Below, in pieces: positions 1 to 8,046 of a stretch of 64,000 nt of DNA (within the stretch, counting starts at the first letter, position 1; every line of letters begins with the position of its first letter). Both the position numbers and the translations under genes were made by a program. This stretch comes from Terriglobia bacterium. Lineage in GTDB: Bacteria; Acidobacteriota; Terriglobia; 2-12-FULL-54-10. The stretch is taken from the NCBI GenBank assembly GCA_963666975.2, contig CAXVYR010000004.1, forward strand, positions 2,176,001 to 2,240,000, in the 5' to 3' direction. The notes under the pieces are model-generated. The model saw only the letters and a program-made list of their open reading frames with translations, ran no database searches and was not told where the DNA came from.

Positions 1-387
1 GGCCATTCGGTAGCTGACCTTACCAACGCATTTCCGCTAGAGGAAGCAAGTGCGTACATTCGCGACTTAGCACAGCTAGGCGAGGCCGATATTCAAGCAA
101 TGAGGATTCTCTATTCTGTTCAATCGCGTCTCTTCACAGGCGGGGCGGTGCCCACTGATCCCAATCCATACACGCAAGTTATCAAAGAAGTGTTCGCTGG
201 GGTTGATAACGCCAGAGTTTCACGAGAGGAATTCTACTCACGATGCTCACGGCTAAACGGCTTCGGCCTCGCAATAGAAGTAATGCGCAACAACAGTCGG
301 ATGGCGCCGGGAGATCACTGTTTTCGTCTTACAAAAAGAGGGGCTCAGTTGGTAGAAATCTTGACGCCACCCACCGAAGCTGCCTGA
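1..387 (+). CDS. Hypothetical protein, 5'-truncated by the window; likely integron gene cassette ORF
   Basis: Frame 1 is open from base 1 (GHSVADLTNAFPLEE...MRILYS...). Its TGA stop lies inside the R'' box of the attC-like site. Confidence 0.6.
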   Translation, partial: GHSVADLTNAFPLEEASAYIRDLAQLGEADIQAMRILYSVQSRLFTGGAVPTDPNPYTQVIKEVFAGVDNARVSREEFYSRCSRLNGFGLAIEVMRNNSRMAPGDHCFRLTKRGAQLVEILTPPTEAA

Positions 388-437
388 CCCGAGTTTTCAG
401 CAGACGCGTTCGCGGCTGAAGCTCAGAATCGTTAGGT
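382..437 (+). mobile_element. attC-like integron recombination site
   Basis: GCCTGAC (382-388, R''-like) and GTTAGGT (431-437, matches GTTRRRY). Inner inverted repeats GAGTTTTCAGC/GCTGAAGCTC with a bulge. 56 bp long, directly after the ORF stop. Confidence 0.6.
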
Positions 438-469
438 GTAGCGTGCCCTACACCGCCTGGCTAGAGCGG

Positions 470-555
470 GTAGCCCCGGCGAGCGGTTTTCCCCTCGACT
501 TCGCTTCCTTCGGCTTCGCTCAGGGCAGGCGGGGCAAGTTCGCCGTGGGCATTTC
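470..555 (+). repeat. GTAG-type REP hairpin carrying two nested 24-bp units
   Basis: GTAG-CCCCGGCGA...TCGCCGTGGGC stem. The loop holds cccctcgacttcgct[tccttcggcttcgctcagggcagg]cggggcaag (491-538). Confidence 0.7.
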
Positions 556-589
556 TCAAGCGTGACGATCCTGGTGCGAAAGGAGAGAG

Positions 590-802
590 CTAGAGTTTCT
601 CAGTGGTCAGGCCCGTTCGCTTGGCGATCCGAGCCAACATTCGCGGGCCGATCTCCTCGTCGTCGTGGAAAGCGAAGACGAAATCAGGCCAATCGGGGCG
701 GCTGAGTGTGCGGTGCGAACCAGACTGACGCTTCCTCTCCCAGCCGATCTTCAGCAGAGCAGCCAGCACCCGCCGGGCCTTTGCCGAGGGCCAATGGCTC
801 AT
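590..802 (-). CDS. hicA: HicA family type II toxin
   Basis: 70 aa with RQSGSH motif and GPRMLARI tail. Overlaps the hicB stop (ATGA). Confidence 0.9.
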   Translation of the reverse strand: MSHWPSAKARRVLAALLKIGWERKRQSGSHRTLSRPDWPDFVFAFHDDEEIGPRMLARIAKRTGLTTEKL

Positions 803-1005
803 GCTGCCTGAAAGATGACTTCCAACAATTCAGCGGGAGCTTCGCGTTGCTCCAGGCGCTCAGCGAGCACTCGGAGGGCAAGAGCTTGGACGCGAGCAAC
901 GGCTTCATCACGGCTCGCGCCGTAGCACATCACGCCGGCCAGAGCGGGCACTTCGGCCAGCCAGCGGCCATCGTCCTCGCGTTCGAGCTCGATCGAAAAG
1001 GTCAT
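799..1005 (-). CDS. hicB: HicB family antitoxin (short form, no DNA-binding domain)
   Basis: MTFSIELEREDDGRWLAEVPALAGVMCYGASRDEA, a typical HicB. Start placed at the ATG at 1005. Confidence 0.88.
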   Translation of the reverse strand: MTFSIELEREDDGRWLAEVPALAGVMCYGASRDEAVARVQALALRVLAERLEQREAPAELLEVIFQAA

Positions 1006-1011
1006 GCAGGT

Positions 1012-1041
1012 ACTGTACCATCCTGGCCGGCTGTCCAGCAA
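1012..1041 (-). promoter_or_regulatory. Sigma70-type promoter for a leaderless hicBA transcript
   Basis: TTGCTG-N18-TACAGT with a TG extension. The ATG is 6 nt after the -10 box and there is no RBS. Confidence 0.55.
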
Positions 1042-1045
1042 GCGC

Positions 1046-1155
1046 ATAGCCATGGTGAGCGCTTTTCCTCTCGACTTCGCTCCCTTCGGCTTCGCTTCCC
1101 TCGACTGCGCTCGGGACAGGCAGGGCAGGCGGGGCAAGCACGCCGTGGGCATTTC
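1046..1155 (+). repeat. Second REP hairpin copy carrying three nested 24-bp units
   Basis: cctctcgacttcgct[cccttcggcttcgct[tccctcgactgcgctcgggacagg]cagggcagg]cggggcaag (1067-1138). It has the same CGCCGTGGGCATTTC right flank as copy 1. Confidence 0.7.
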
Positions 1156-1353
1156 GCGCGGATTCACAAGCCCACGACGAAACAACATTCGTCGTGACTA
1201 CCCACCCCTTCGCCCAATCCACTCTTAAAAATTCCCTGAACCAGAATGGGCAATGGAACGGGTGCGTTGACAATCACGCCGGAATTGATTTTCACGAGAT
1301 CTTCCATTACGCTCGAATATCGTTCGCAGGCACCGAAAAGTTTGGAGGGTAGT

Positions 1354-2721
1354 TTGTCAGAGAGCCGCCGCAGCGAGAGTGGAAAGATCAAGATCATCTT
1401 GCTGCTATTCATTGTGGGGATCGCTGCTTTTTTTCTGTGGCGGGAAATCAGCGCCGCGCCTCCCGTGATCCGTCTCGGCAGGGAGATCAAAGGAATCAGC
1501 CGGTCTACGGAACTCTCCTTCACGGCAACCGATCAACGCAGCCTCCTCGCGCTGAGTTTCTCGATTGAGCAGGGCGGCGAGACGATTCCCATTTTGTCTG
1601 AGTCCTACGGTTCGCGCTGGCGCTTCTGGGAGTCCGGCCCCCATGAATTGACGCGGGCAGTTCGCCTGGGCGTCGCCCACCAGGAGCAACTGCAGGACGG
1701 AGCCGCCGAACTGCGGGTGGATGTTCAAAACAAAAACTGGTTCTCCTCGCGGACTACCCTGACGCGCGACGTGGTGGTCCGTTCCGTTCCGCCGAGGATC
1801 GACATCCTCTCCGGGCTGCTCCACGTCAATCAGGCCGGCAGTGAGATGGTCCGCTACCGCGTCTCCCGGCACACGGTTTCTTCCGGCGTCCGCGTGGGAG
1901 AGCATTTCTTCCCCGGCTATCCGGCGCCGGAAGGGAATCGCGACGAGCGACTGGCCCTGTTTGCCTTTCCCTACGGCGTACCTGCGGATACGGTGCCGCA
2001 AGTGGTGGCGCGCGACGATGCGGAGAATGAATCGCAGGCGAGCTTCCCCTTTCGCCTTTTGACAAAAAACTTTCGCAGCCGCGACTTGCAGATTTCCGAC
2101 CGCTTTCTCCAAGCAACGGTGCCGTCCATCCTTTCTCACACCCCGGAACTCACCGACCAGGGGGATTTGCTCCAGAATTACCTGATGCTGAACGGGACGG
2201 TGCGCCAAAGCAACCGGGCCAAGATAGCGGAGATGTCCAAACAGTCCGCCGCTGAGTTCCTCTGGCAGGGGTCGTTTTTGCAATTGATGAACTCGGCGGT
2301 GGAGTCGCAGTTCGCCGATGACCGCTCCTATTGGTACCAGGGAAAACAGGTGGACCACCAAGTTCATCTCGGATTCGACCTGGCAGCGGTCAGGAATACG
2401 CCGGTGGAGGCATCCAACGCGGGGCGAGTGGTCTTTGCCGAGTACCTGGGAATTTTCGGCAACACAATCATCCTCGACCACGGGTTCGGGTTGCAGTCGC
2501 TCTACGCACATCTGCATTCTTTCGAGGTCGGCGTGGGCGACACGGTCCGCCGGGGCCAGACGATCGGCAAAACGGGCTCCACCGGGCTGGCCGGAGGCGA
2601 TCATCTGCACTTCACGATGTTGCTGGGTGGCGTAGAGGTGAACCCCATCGAATGGTGGGATCAGCGGTGGATTGAACAGCACATCCTGCCCAAGCTACCC
2701 GCAGGGCAAGTAATGCGTTAA
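1354..2721 (+). CDS. M23 family metallopeptidase, membrane anchored
   Basis: HLGFD and HLH zinc motifs plus an N-terminal TM helix. GGAGG precedes the TTG at 1354. Confidence 0.9.
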   Translation: MSESRRSESGKIKIILLLFIVGIAAFFLWREISAAPPVIRLGREIKGISRSTELSFTATDQRSLLALSFSIEQGGETIPILSESYGSRWRFWESGPHELTRAVRLGVAHQEQLQDGAAELRVDVQNKNWFSSRTTLTRDVVVRSVPPRIDILSGLLHVNQAGSEMVRYRVSRHTVSSGVRVGEHFFPGYPAPEGNRDERLALFAFPYGVPADTVPQVVARDDAENESQASFPFRLLTKNFRSRDLQISDRFLQATVPSILSHTPELTDQGDLLQNYLMLNGTVRQSNRAKIAEMSKQSAAEFLWQGSFLQLMNSAVESQFADDRSYWYQGKQVDHQVHLGFDLAAVRNTPVEASNAGRVVFAEYLGIFGNTIILDHGFGLQSLYAHLHSFEVGVGDTVRRGQTIGKTGSTGLAGGDHLHFTMLLGGVEVNPIEWWDQRWIEQHILPKLPAGQVMR

Positions 2722-2731
2722 TGCGGCGCCC

Positions 2732-3514
2732 CTACTCGCGGATGGCGACGATCCGGAGCCGCCTGTAATCGGCGAACCATGTGCCGTCTCGAAACAGGGC
2801 GGGCCGGAGCCGGTCTTCCACGCAGCGGATCAGGTCCGGCCGCTTCTCCGGTGCCACAGCAGCCAGGAAGTCGCCCGCAAACATCTCCATCCAATTGCGG
2901 ACGCCGTTTTCTCCCTCCTCCAAAGCCGTAGGGCGGTCAAACAAGACAGCGGAACGGACGGCCAAGCCGTGCTGTTCCAGGAGCCCTGCATACTCGCCGA
3001 CGCTCGGGAAATAGCGGCGATTTCGCTCGGCTATTGCTAAAAAATCCTGGGACGGAGCGCCCAGCGCCTTGCTGGCGCTTTGCAGGGCCGAATGAATGAC
3101 CTCGACGTTCCCCTTGCCGCCAAACTCGGCCACAAAACGTCCTCCGCGCTGGAGCGCTGACGCAATGCATGTAACGACCTGCTCCGGCTCCCGCATCCAA
3201 TGCAGCGCAGCATTCGAGAAGACGGCGTCAAAAACCTCCGCGAACGGGAGCCTGCCGCCGTCGGCCACGACAAAACGCAGGCCGGGATAACTGTTCCTCG
3301 CCTGATCGATCATCGCCTGCGAAAGGTCCAACCCGGTGACTTCCGCTCCGGAAAGGGCGATCTGGTGGCTCAGGTGCCCGGTTCCACATCCCAGATCGAG
3401 AATGCGTTCTCCTCTTTGTGGCGAAAGCAGCTCAATCACTTCGCTCCCGTACTTCCACACAAAGGAGTGCTTGCTGTCGTAGAGGGATGCATCCCACCGT
3501 TTGTTGCCCGTCAT
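2732..3514 (-). CDS. Class I SAM-dependent methyltransferase (Tam-like)
   Basis: ILDLGCGTG and FDAVFSNAALHW motifs. Confidence 0.9.
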   Translation of the reverse strand: MTGNKRWDASLYDSKHSFVWKYGSEVIELLSPQRGERILDLGCGTGHLSHQIALSGAEVTGLDLSQAMIDQARNSYPGLRFVVADGGRLPFAEVFDAVFSNAALHWMREPEQVVTCIASALQRGGRFVAEFGGKGNVEVIHSALQSASKALGAPSQDFLAIAERNRRYFPSVGEYAGLLEQHGLAVRSAVLFDRPTALEEGENGVRNWMEMFAGDFLAAVAPEKRPDLIRCVEDRLRPALFRDGTWFADYRRLRIVAIRE

Positions 3515-3654
3515 GAAGATACCCGCTGGACCGACAAAAACGCGTTCCCCGGCGGGTCCGGCGTTCCTGCGGCAGCCAGCACACCATTCCCAATGGTTGT
3601 GGTCAAGCGGCAGTCGTGGGACTATAATATCCCAACCGATTTTTGGGGGCGTGG

Positions 3655-4125
3655 ATGTCGGATCATCTCAAGAAGAAGTTGGAAGAAGAAATACGAACGC
3701 TGGAACACGAGTTGAACCATGAACTCCCGGCGGAGTTGAAGAAAGCCGTGGCGCACGGGGACCTCAGCGAGAACGCCGAGTACGCCGCGGCGCGGGAGCG
3801 CCAGGACTATGTCAGGGCGCGCTTGGCACAACTGGGCAAGCGGCTTTCAGACATCTCTCTGATCAACTTCAGCAAAATTCCCCGGGACCGCGTGGCCTTC
3901 GGCTCCACGGTTTTGGTATATGATGTGAGCAAAGAGACGGAAATTGAATATAAGCTAGTCGCCAGCGAAGAGGCGGATGTTTCCAAAGGGATGATCTCCA
4001 CCTTCTCGCCCATCGGACGGAGCTTGGCCGGCACGCAGGTCGGTGATATGGTCCGCGTCCAGACACCTTCCGGCAGCAAGGAGTTGGAGATTCTGAAGTT
4101 TTCCACCATCCACGACGAAAGCTGA
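3655..4125 (+). CDS. greA: Transcription elongation factor GreA
   Basis: HGDLSENAEY motif and C-terminal SPIGRSL. Confidence 0.93.
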   Translation: MSDHLKKKLEEEIRTLEHELNHELPAELKKAVAHGDLSENAEYAAARERQDYVRARLAQLGKRLSDISLINFSKIPRDRVAFGSTVLVYDVSKETEIEYKLVASEEADVSKGMISTFSPIGRSLAGTQVGDMVRVQTPSGSKELEILKFSTIHDES

Positions 4126-4239
4126 TCTCTGTTTGCCCAGGATCGAGGGGGCAATTTCACCGGATGCAAGTTCCAGCGGAGACGCGGCAGAGGCTGGGTA
4201 AAGACCGAATTTTTCTGAAGATTTTAAGGATACGACGCA

Positions 4240-4836
4240 ATGTTATCGCGAGGCATCGGAACAGGCGGGAATTTTATATTGGATCCTATCATCCGAGGGA
4301 TCTCGCTGACCAGAATCCACCCCAACGTCCTGACGGCTCTCGGGCTGGTCATTAACATCGTAGCGGCTGTCTTTTTTGGGGGAGGACACTTCCTGGCCGG
4401 CGGACTGGTGGTGCTGGGGGCCAGCATCTTTGACTTTGCCGACGGCAAAGTGGCCCGCATCACCAACCGGGCCACCACCTTTGGGGCGTTCTTCGATTCC
4501 GTCATCGACCGCTATTCCGACTTAGCGCTTTACATGGGACTGCTGGTGCATTATGCCCGCAGCGACCGCATTTTCTATGTGGTGCTGGTGGCGGTGGTGA
4601 TGACCGGCTCCGTCATGGTCAGCTACACGCGCTCCCGAGCCGAATGCATCCTTCCGAGCTGCAAGGTAGGGTTTCTGGAAAGGCCCGAGCGCGTCGTGCT
4701 GATCATCATTGGAGCTCTGGCGAACCGCATGGCCCCGGTGCTTTGGGTGATCGCCATCCTATCCAATATCACCGTCATTCACCGCTGTGTCTATACCTGG
4801 CAAGAAACGCAAAAGGACAGGGTGTCCGCCTCCTAG
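4240..4836 (+). CDS. CDP-alcohol phosphatidyltransferase
   Basis: PN.LT and D..DG..AR...G..FD...D signature; SYTRSRAE. Confidence 0.92.
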   Translation: MLSRGIGTGGNFILDPIIRGISLTRIHPNVLTALGLVINIVAAVFFGGGHFLAGGLVVLGASIFDFADGKVARITNRATTFGAFFDSVIDRYSDLALYMGLLVHYARSDRIFYVVLVAVVMTGSVMVSYTRSRAECILPSCKVGFLERPERVVLIIIGALANRMAPVLWVIAILSNITVIHRCVYTWQETQKDRVSAS

Positions 4837-5012
4837 TCAACTCCGACTCCCTTGCCTTCACCGTTTCCAATCCGGCAGCTAGTTTCGATTTTCCTTTAGT
4901 TCGATTCTTTTTGGGGATGCCAAGCCGGCCTCCCGGAAAGTCCCTTAAAATGGGGCAAGCGTCCGTGAAATTTTCAGAACCTTCACCCTTCACCTTTTGC
5001 TAAGGAGGTCTC

Positions 5013-6209
5013 ATGTTGCCACAACAGTGGATGCAATGGATTTGGCCGGCGGCTGCGGTCGCGGCTCTGATGCTGGGCGGCTACTTGCTCATGAAGCTGT
5101 TCCGATTCGAGGTGAAGCACATCATCGAACGAACGGTGAAAAACAAGGTGCTCGATCCCGCTCTGCTCAAATGGATCGATGAAATCTCCGGGGTCATCCG
5201 GCTGGCGGTAATCGCCGTGGTGGGAATCCTGGCGGTCTTCTTCGTTCTAAGGTCTATGGGGCATCCCGCAGTGGTCGGCTGGGACTTTTCCGTGATCGTG
5301 AACTGGTTGATGGCTCACGGCCTCCGCATCGTTCTCTTGCTGGCCGGCGCCTATCTGGCAAGCAAGATCGCCAACCTGCTGCTCTCCAACGTCGGCCTGC
5401 TGATTCGCCCCTTTGACGAATCCAAGGCGGCGGAGATGGAACGGCAAAAGCGCGCCAAAACGATCAGCAGTGTTCTCCAAAAGTTCGCCACTGCGGCGAT
5501 TATCGGGGTGGCCTTCTTGATGGTGTTGTTGGAGCTGAACTTAAATATCACCCCGATCCTGACCAGCGTGGGGGTAGTGGGAGTCGCCCTCGGTTTTGGC
5601 GCCCAGCAACTGGTCGGCGACCTGATCGCCGGATTTTTCATCATTTTCGAAAACCAGATGCGCGTCGGAGACGTGGCGATCATCAACGGAACCGGCGGGC
5701 TGGTGGAGGAGATTCATATGCGGACCACTGTCTTGCGGAGCCTGGACGGCACCGTCCACGTCTTCCGCAACGGCACCATCGACGCGCTTTCCAACATGAC
5801 CCGGCTCTTTTCCTACTATGTGGTGAACCTGGGAGTCGCCTACAAAGAAGACACGGACCGCGTCTGCCAGGTGGTGCGGGAGGTCGTCGACGGGATGCAG
5901 GCCGAAGAAAAGTATGCCCATTCGATCCTGGAGCCCGTGGACATCCTCGGAGTGGATGAGTTCGCGGACTCGGCCGTCAACATCAAGCTGCGCATCAAAA
6001 CCCTGCCGATCCACCAGTGGGCAGTAGGGCGCGAATTCCGCCGCCGCATCAAGTACCGGTTTGACCAGGAAGGAATTGAGATTCCTTTCCCCCATCAGTC
6101 GATTTATTTCGGAGAGGCGAGCAAGCCATTCAACGTGAATGTTAATAACCCCGGGGGGCAACAACCTGCCTCCACGCCTCCGGGGGCAACCCCGCAACCG
6201 ACCGGCTAA
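5013..6209 (+). CDS. Small-conductance mechanosensitive channel (MscS/YbiO-like)
   Basis: ALGFGAQQLVGDLIAGFF, GIEIPFP and several TM helices. Confidence 0.92.
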   Translation: MLPQQWMQWIWPAAAVAALMLGGYLLMKLFRFEVKHIIERTVKNKVLDPALLKWIDEISGVIRLAVIAVVGILAVFFVLRSMGHPAVVGWDFSVIVNWLMAHGLRIVLLLAGAYLASKIANLLLSNVGLLIRPFDESKAAEMERQKRAKTISSVLQKFATAAIIGVAFLMVLLELNLNITPILTSVGVVGVALGFGAQQLVGDLIAGFFIIFENQMRVGDVAIINGTGGLVEEIHMRTTVLRSLDGTVHVFRNGTIDALSNMTRLFSYYVVNLGVAYKEDTDRVCQVVREVVDGMQAEEKYAHSILEPVDILGVDEFADSAVNIKLRIKTLPIHQWAVGREFRRRIKYRFDQEGIEIPFPHQSIYFGEASKPFNVNVNNPGGQQPASTPPGATPQPTG

Positions 6210-6242
6210 AGGAAAACAGGAACAGACCGGCCGCCCTAGACG

Positions 6243-7868
6243 CTAAAAGGACACCAGTTGGTGGTCGCCCGAATCCAGCGAAATCGCTTCGTAGACCTGA
6301 TCCAAAAATTGGGGTCCATATCGGGCCAGGAAAGAAATCCCGCTGAAGAGTCTTTCTTGCGGAGTTTTCTGCGGGTAGAGGCTGTTTTCGAGCCGCAACG
6401 CATCCCGCTCAACTTGCTCCGTGCGGTTCTGGACAGCCGAAGTCGCTTTGCGCTCCAGGCCGGAGAGCTGATACTGCATCTTCCGGGCGCTTTGTGCCGC
6501 AGCATCCACCAAGGTAGGGTCCACCTGGGCAAGCGCTTTCTGCAGCATCTCCATACGCTCTCCCAGCCCTTTAGATGCCTTCTGAAACATGTCAGTCAGC
6601 CCCTCCGGCAAGAAGCGCGCGGCCATCTTTTCCCGTAATAGCTGCTTTCCCGCATACACATCTAAGAGCGTCAAGCCGTATTTGCCCAGAAGCCGGGTCG
6701 CGGGCCTCTCCAGAATGGTAAAGCTGGCGCGAGGGAAAATGACCGGCATGCGGCCCAATACGCTTTGATAAATGGAACCGGCTTGAGCCAGGTAAGCCAG
6801 TTCGGAGGGACCGGCCACGTAGGCAACCGTGGGCAGCAGGGCATCCTGCATCACCGGACGCAGCAGCACATTGGGAGAAAGATTCTCCGGTTGCTGCTCG
6901 AGCTGCGCCAGCAAATCCTGCGCCGAGCAGGTGCGGCCCTCAGCCGACACAAACTTCTCTCCTTGCAACCGCAAGGCCGAGCGGCGTCCGTTTGCTTGCA
7001 TAAACAGGAGGGACGAGCTCTCCGTCACGCGTACCTGGGCATGGTAGCCGCTCTCGGTCAAGCGGCGGGTGCGTTCGGCGAGGCCGCGCTGCAACTCCGG
7101 GGCCGATTCGACGGCTGCGCGAAAAACACGGGCGCTCAGTTCATGGAGGCGGCGGTCCATCGGGTCCATCAGCACAACGCCGAAGTCGCGGAACAGCCGG
7201 GCCATGAAGCAGCCGAAGGCGGTTCCATAACTCTCTCCCGGCTTGTAGCACTCTGCCAATAGCTCAAACAGGCCTGAGGCCCCGGCAGAATCCGGTAAAA
7301 TTTCGCGCAGTTCATCTTGCAGCCGGACGACCGCAGCGGTGAAAGAAACTTCCCCGACTTGGGCGCCCGGGACCGGGGGTTGATCGAGATGATCCAACCG
7401 TCTCGGATTCCCTTCGCGGTCCTGCACAAAGCAGTGGTTCACCTCATCCAGGTCATGGTCCTCGGTGGCCAGCCAGAAAATCGGCACCGCTTCCAGGCCC
7501 CTGCTCGACAGGCTCCGGGCCAGTTTAATGGCGGTCAGCGCCTTAAAGAAGGCGAAAACAGGGCCGCTGAACAGGCCCATTTGCTGCCCGGTGACAACTG
7601 CATAGCAATCCGGGCGCTCCAGATTTTTTATACTGTCGAAGGTTTGCTCCGAGGAGGAAAACCGCTGGTTCTGTTCCTTAAGAACAGCCGCGACCTGCCG
7701 CCGAAGATCAGCGGGGTACTCGACCGATTGCGCAGCCTTCCGAAAGCTTTCCGCTTCGAACGGGTTATAGGAATAAAATTCGCTCACGCGGCCATAATCG
7801 TAAAGATAGTCCGCGAACAAGCGCGAGGTGTGAGGAATCCGGGTATAGGGAATCGAGTGATCATCCAT
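6243..7868 (-). CDS. bshC: Bacillithiol biosynthesis cysteine-adding enzyme BshC
   Basis: VVTGQQ.GLF.GP, FWLATEDHD, SPNVLLRP, YVAGPSELAY and PQER motifs. Confidence 0.93.
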   Translation of the reverse strand: MDDHSIPYTRIPHTSRLFADYLYDYGRVSEFYSYNPFEAESFRKAAQSVEYPADLRRQVAAVLKEQNQRFSSSEQTFDSIKNLERPDCYAVVTGQQMGLFSGPVFAFFKALTAIKLARSLSSRGLEAVPIFWLATEDHDLDEVNHCFVQDREGNPRRLDHLDQPPVPGAQVGEVSFTAAVVRLQDELREILPDSAGASGLFELLAECYKPGESYGTAFGCFMARLFRDFGVVLMDPMDRRLHELSARVFRAAVESAPELQRGLAERTRRLTESGYHAQVRVTESSSLLFMQANGRRSALRLQGEKFVSAEGRTCSAQDLLAQLEQQPENLSPNVLLRPVMQDALLPTVAYVAGPSELAYLAQAGSIYQSVLGRMPVIFPRASFTILERPATRLLGKYGLTLLDVYAGKQLLREKMAARFLPEGLTDMFQKASKGLGERMEMLQKALAQVDPTLVDAAAQSARKMQYQLSGLERKATSAVQNRTEQVERDALRLENSLYPQKTPQERLFSGISFLARYGPQFLDQVYEAISLDSGDHQLVSF

Positions 7869-8046
7869 AGCGCTATTAGCTTATCCTTACATCCATCATC
7901 ACATCCAGCATCGCGGGGCATCCGGAGTCGAACAAGAGGAAATGCGAAGGGTTACGAGGCTCCGCCGCAGGGCAAGGATTCAACCCATTAGGACAGCAAC
8001 ATACGCGGGGTGCAGGAGACAGAGGAACGAGAACAATGCCGGCCCC

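Noticed and set aside
6243-7868. Bacillithiol gene in a diderm as a novelty
   Set aside because: bshC homologs outside Firmicutes, including in Acidobacteriota, are already known.
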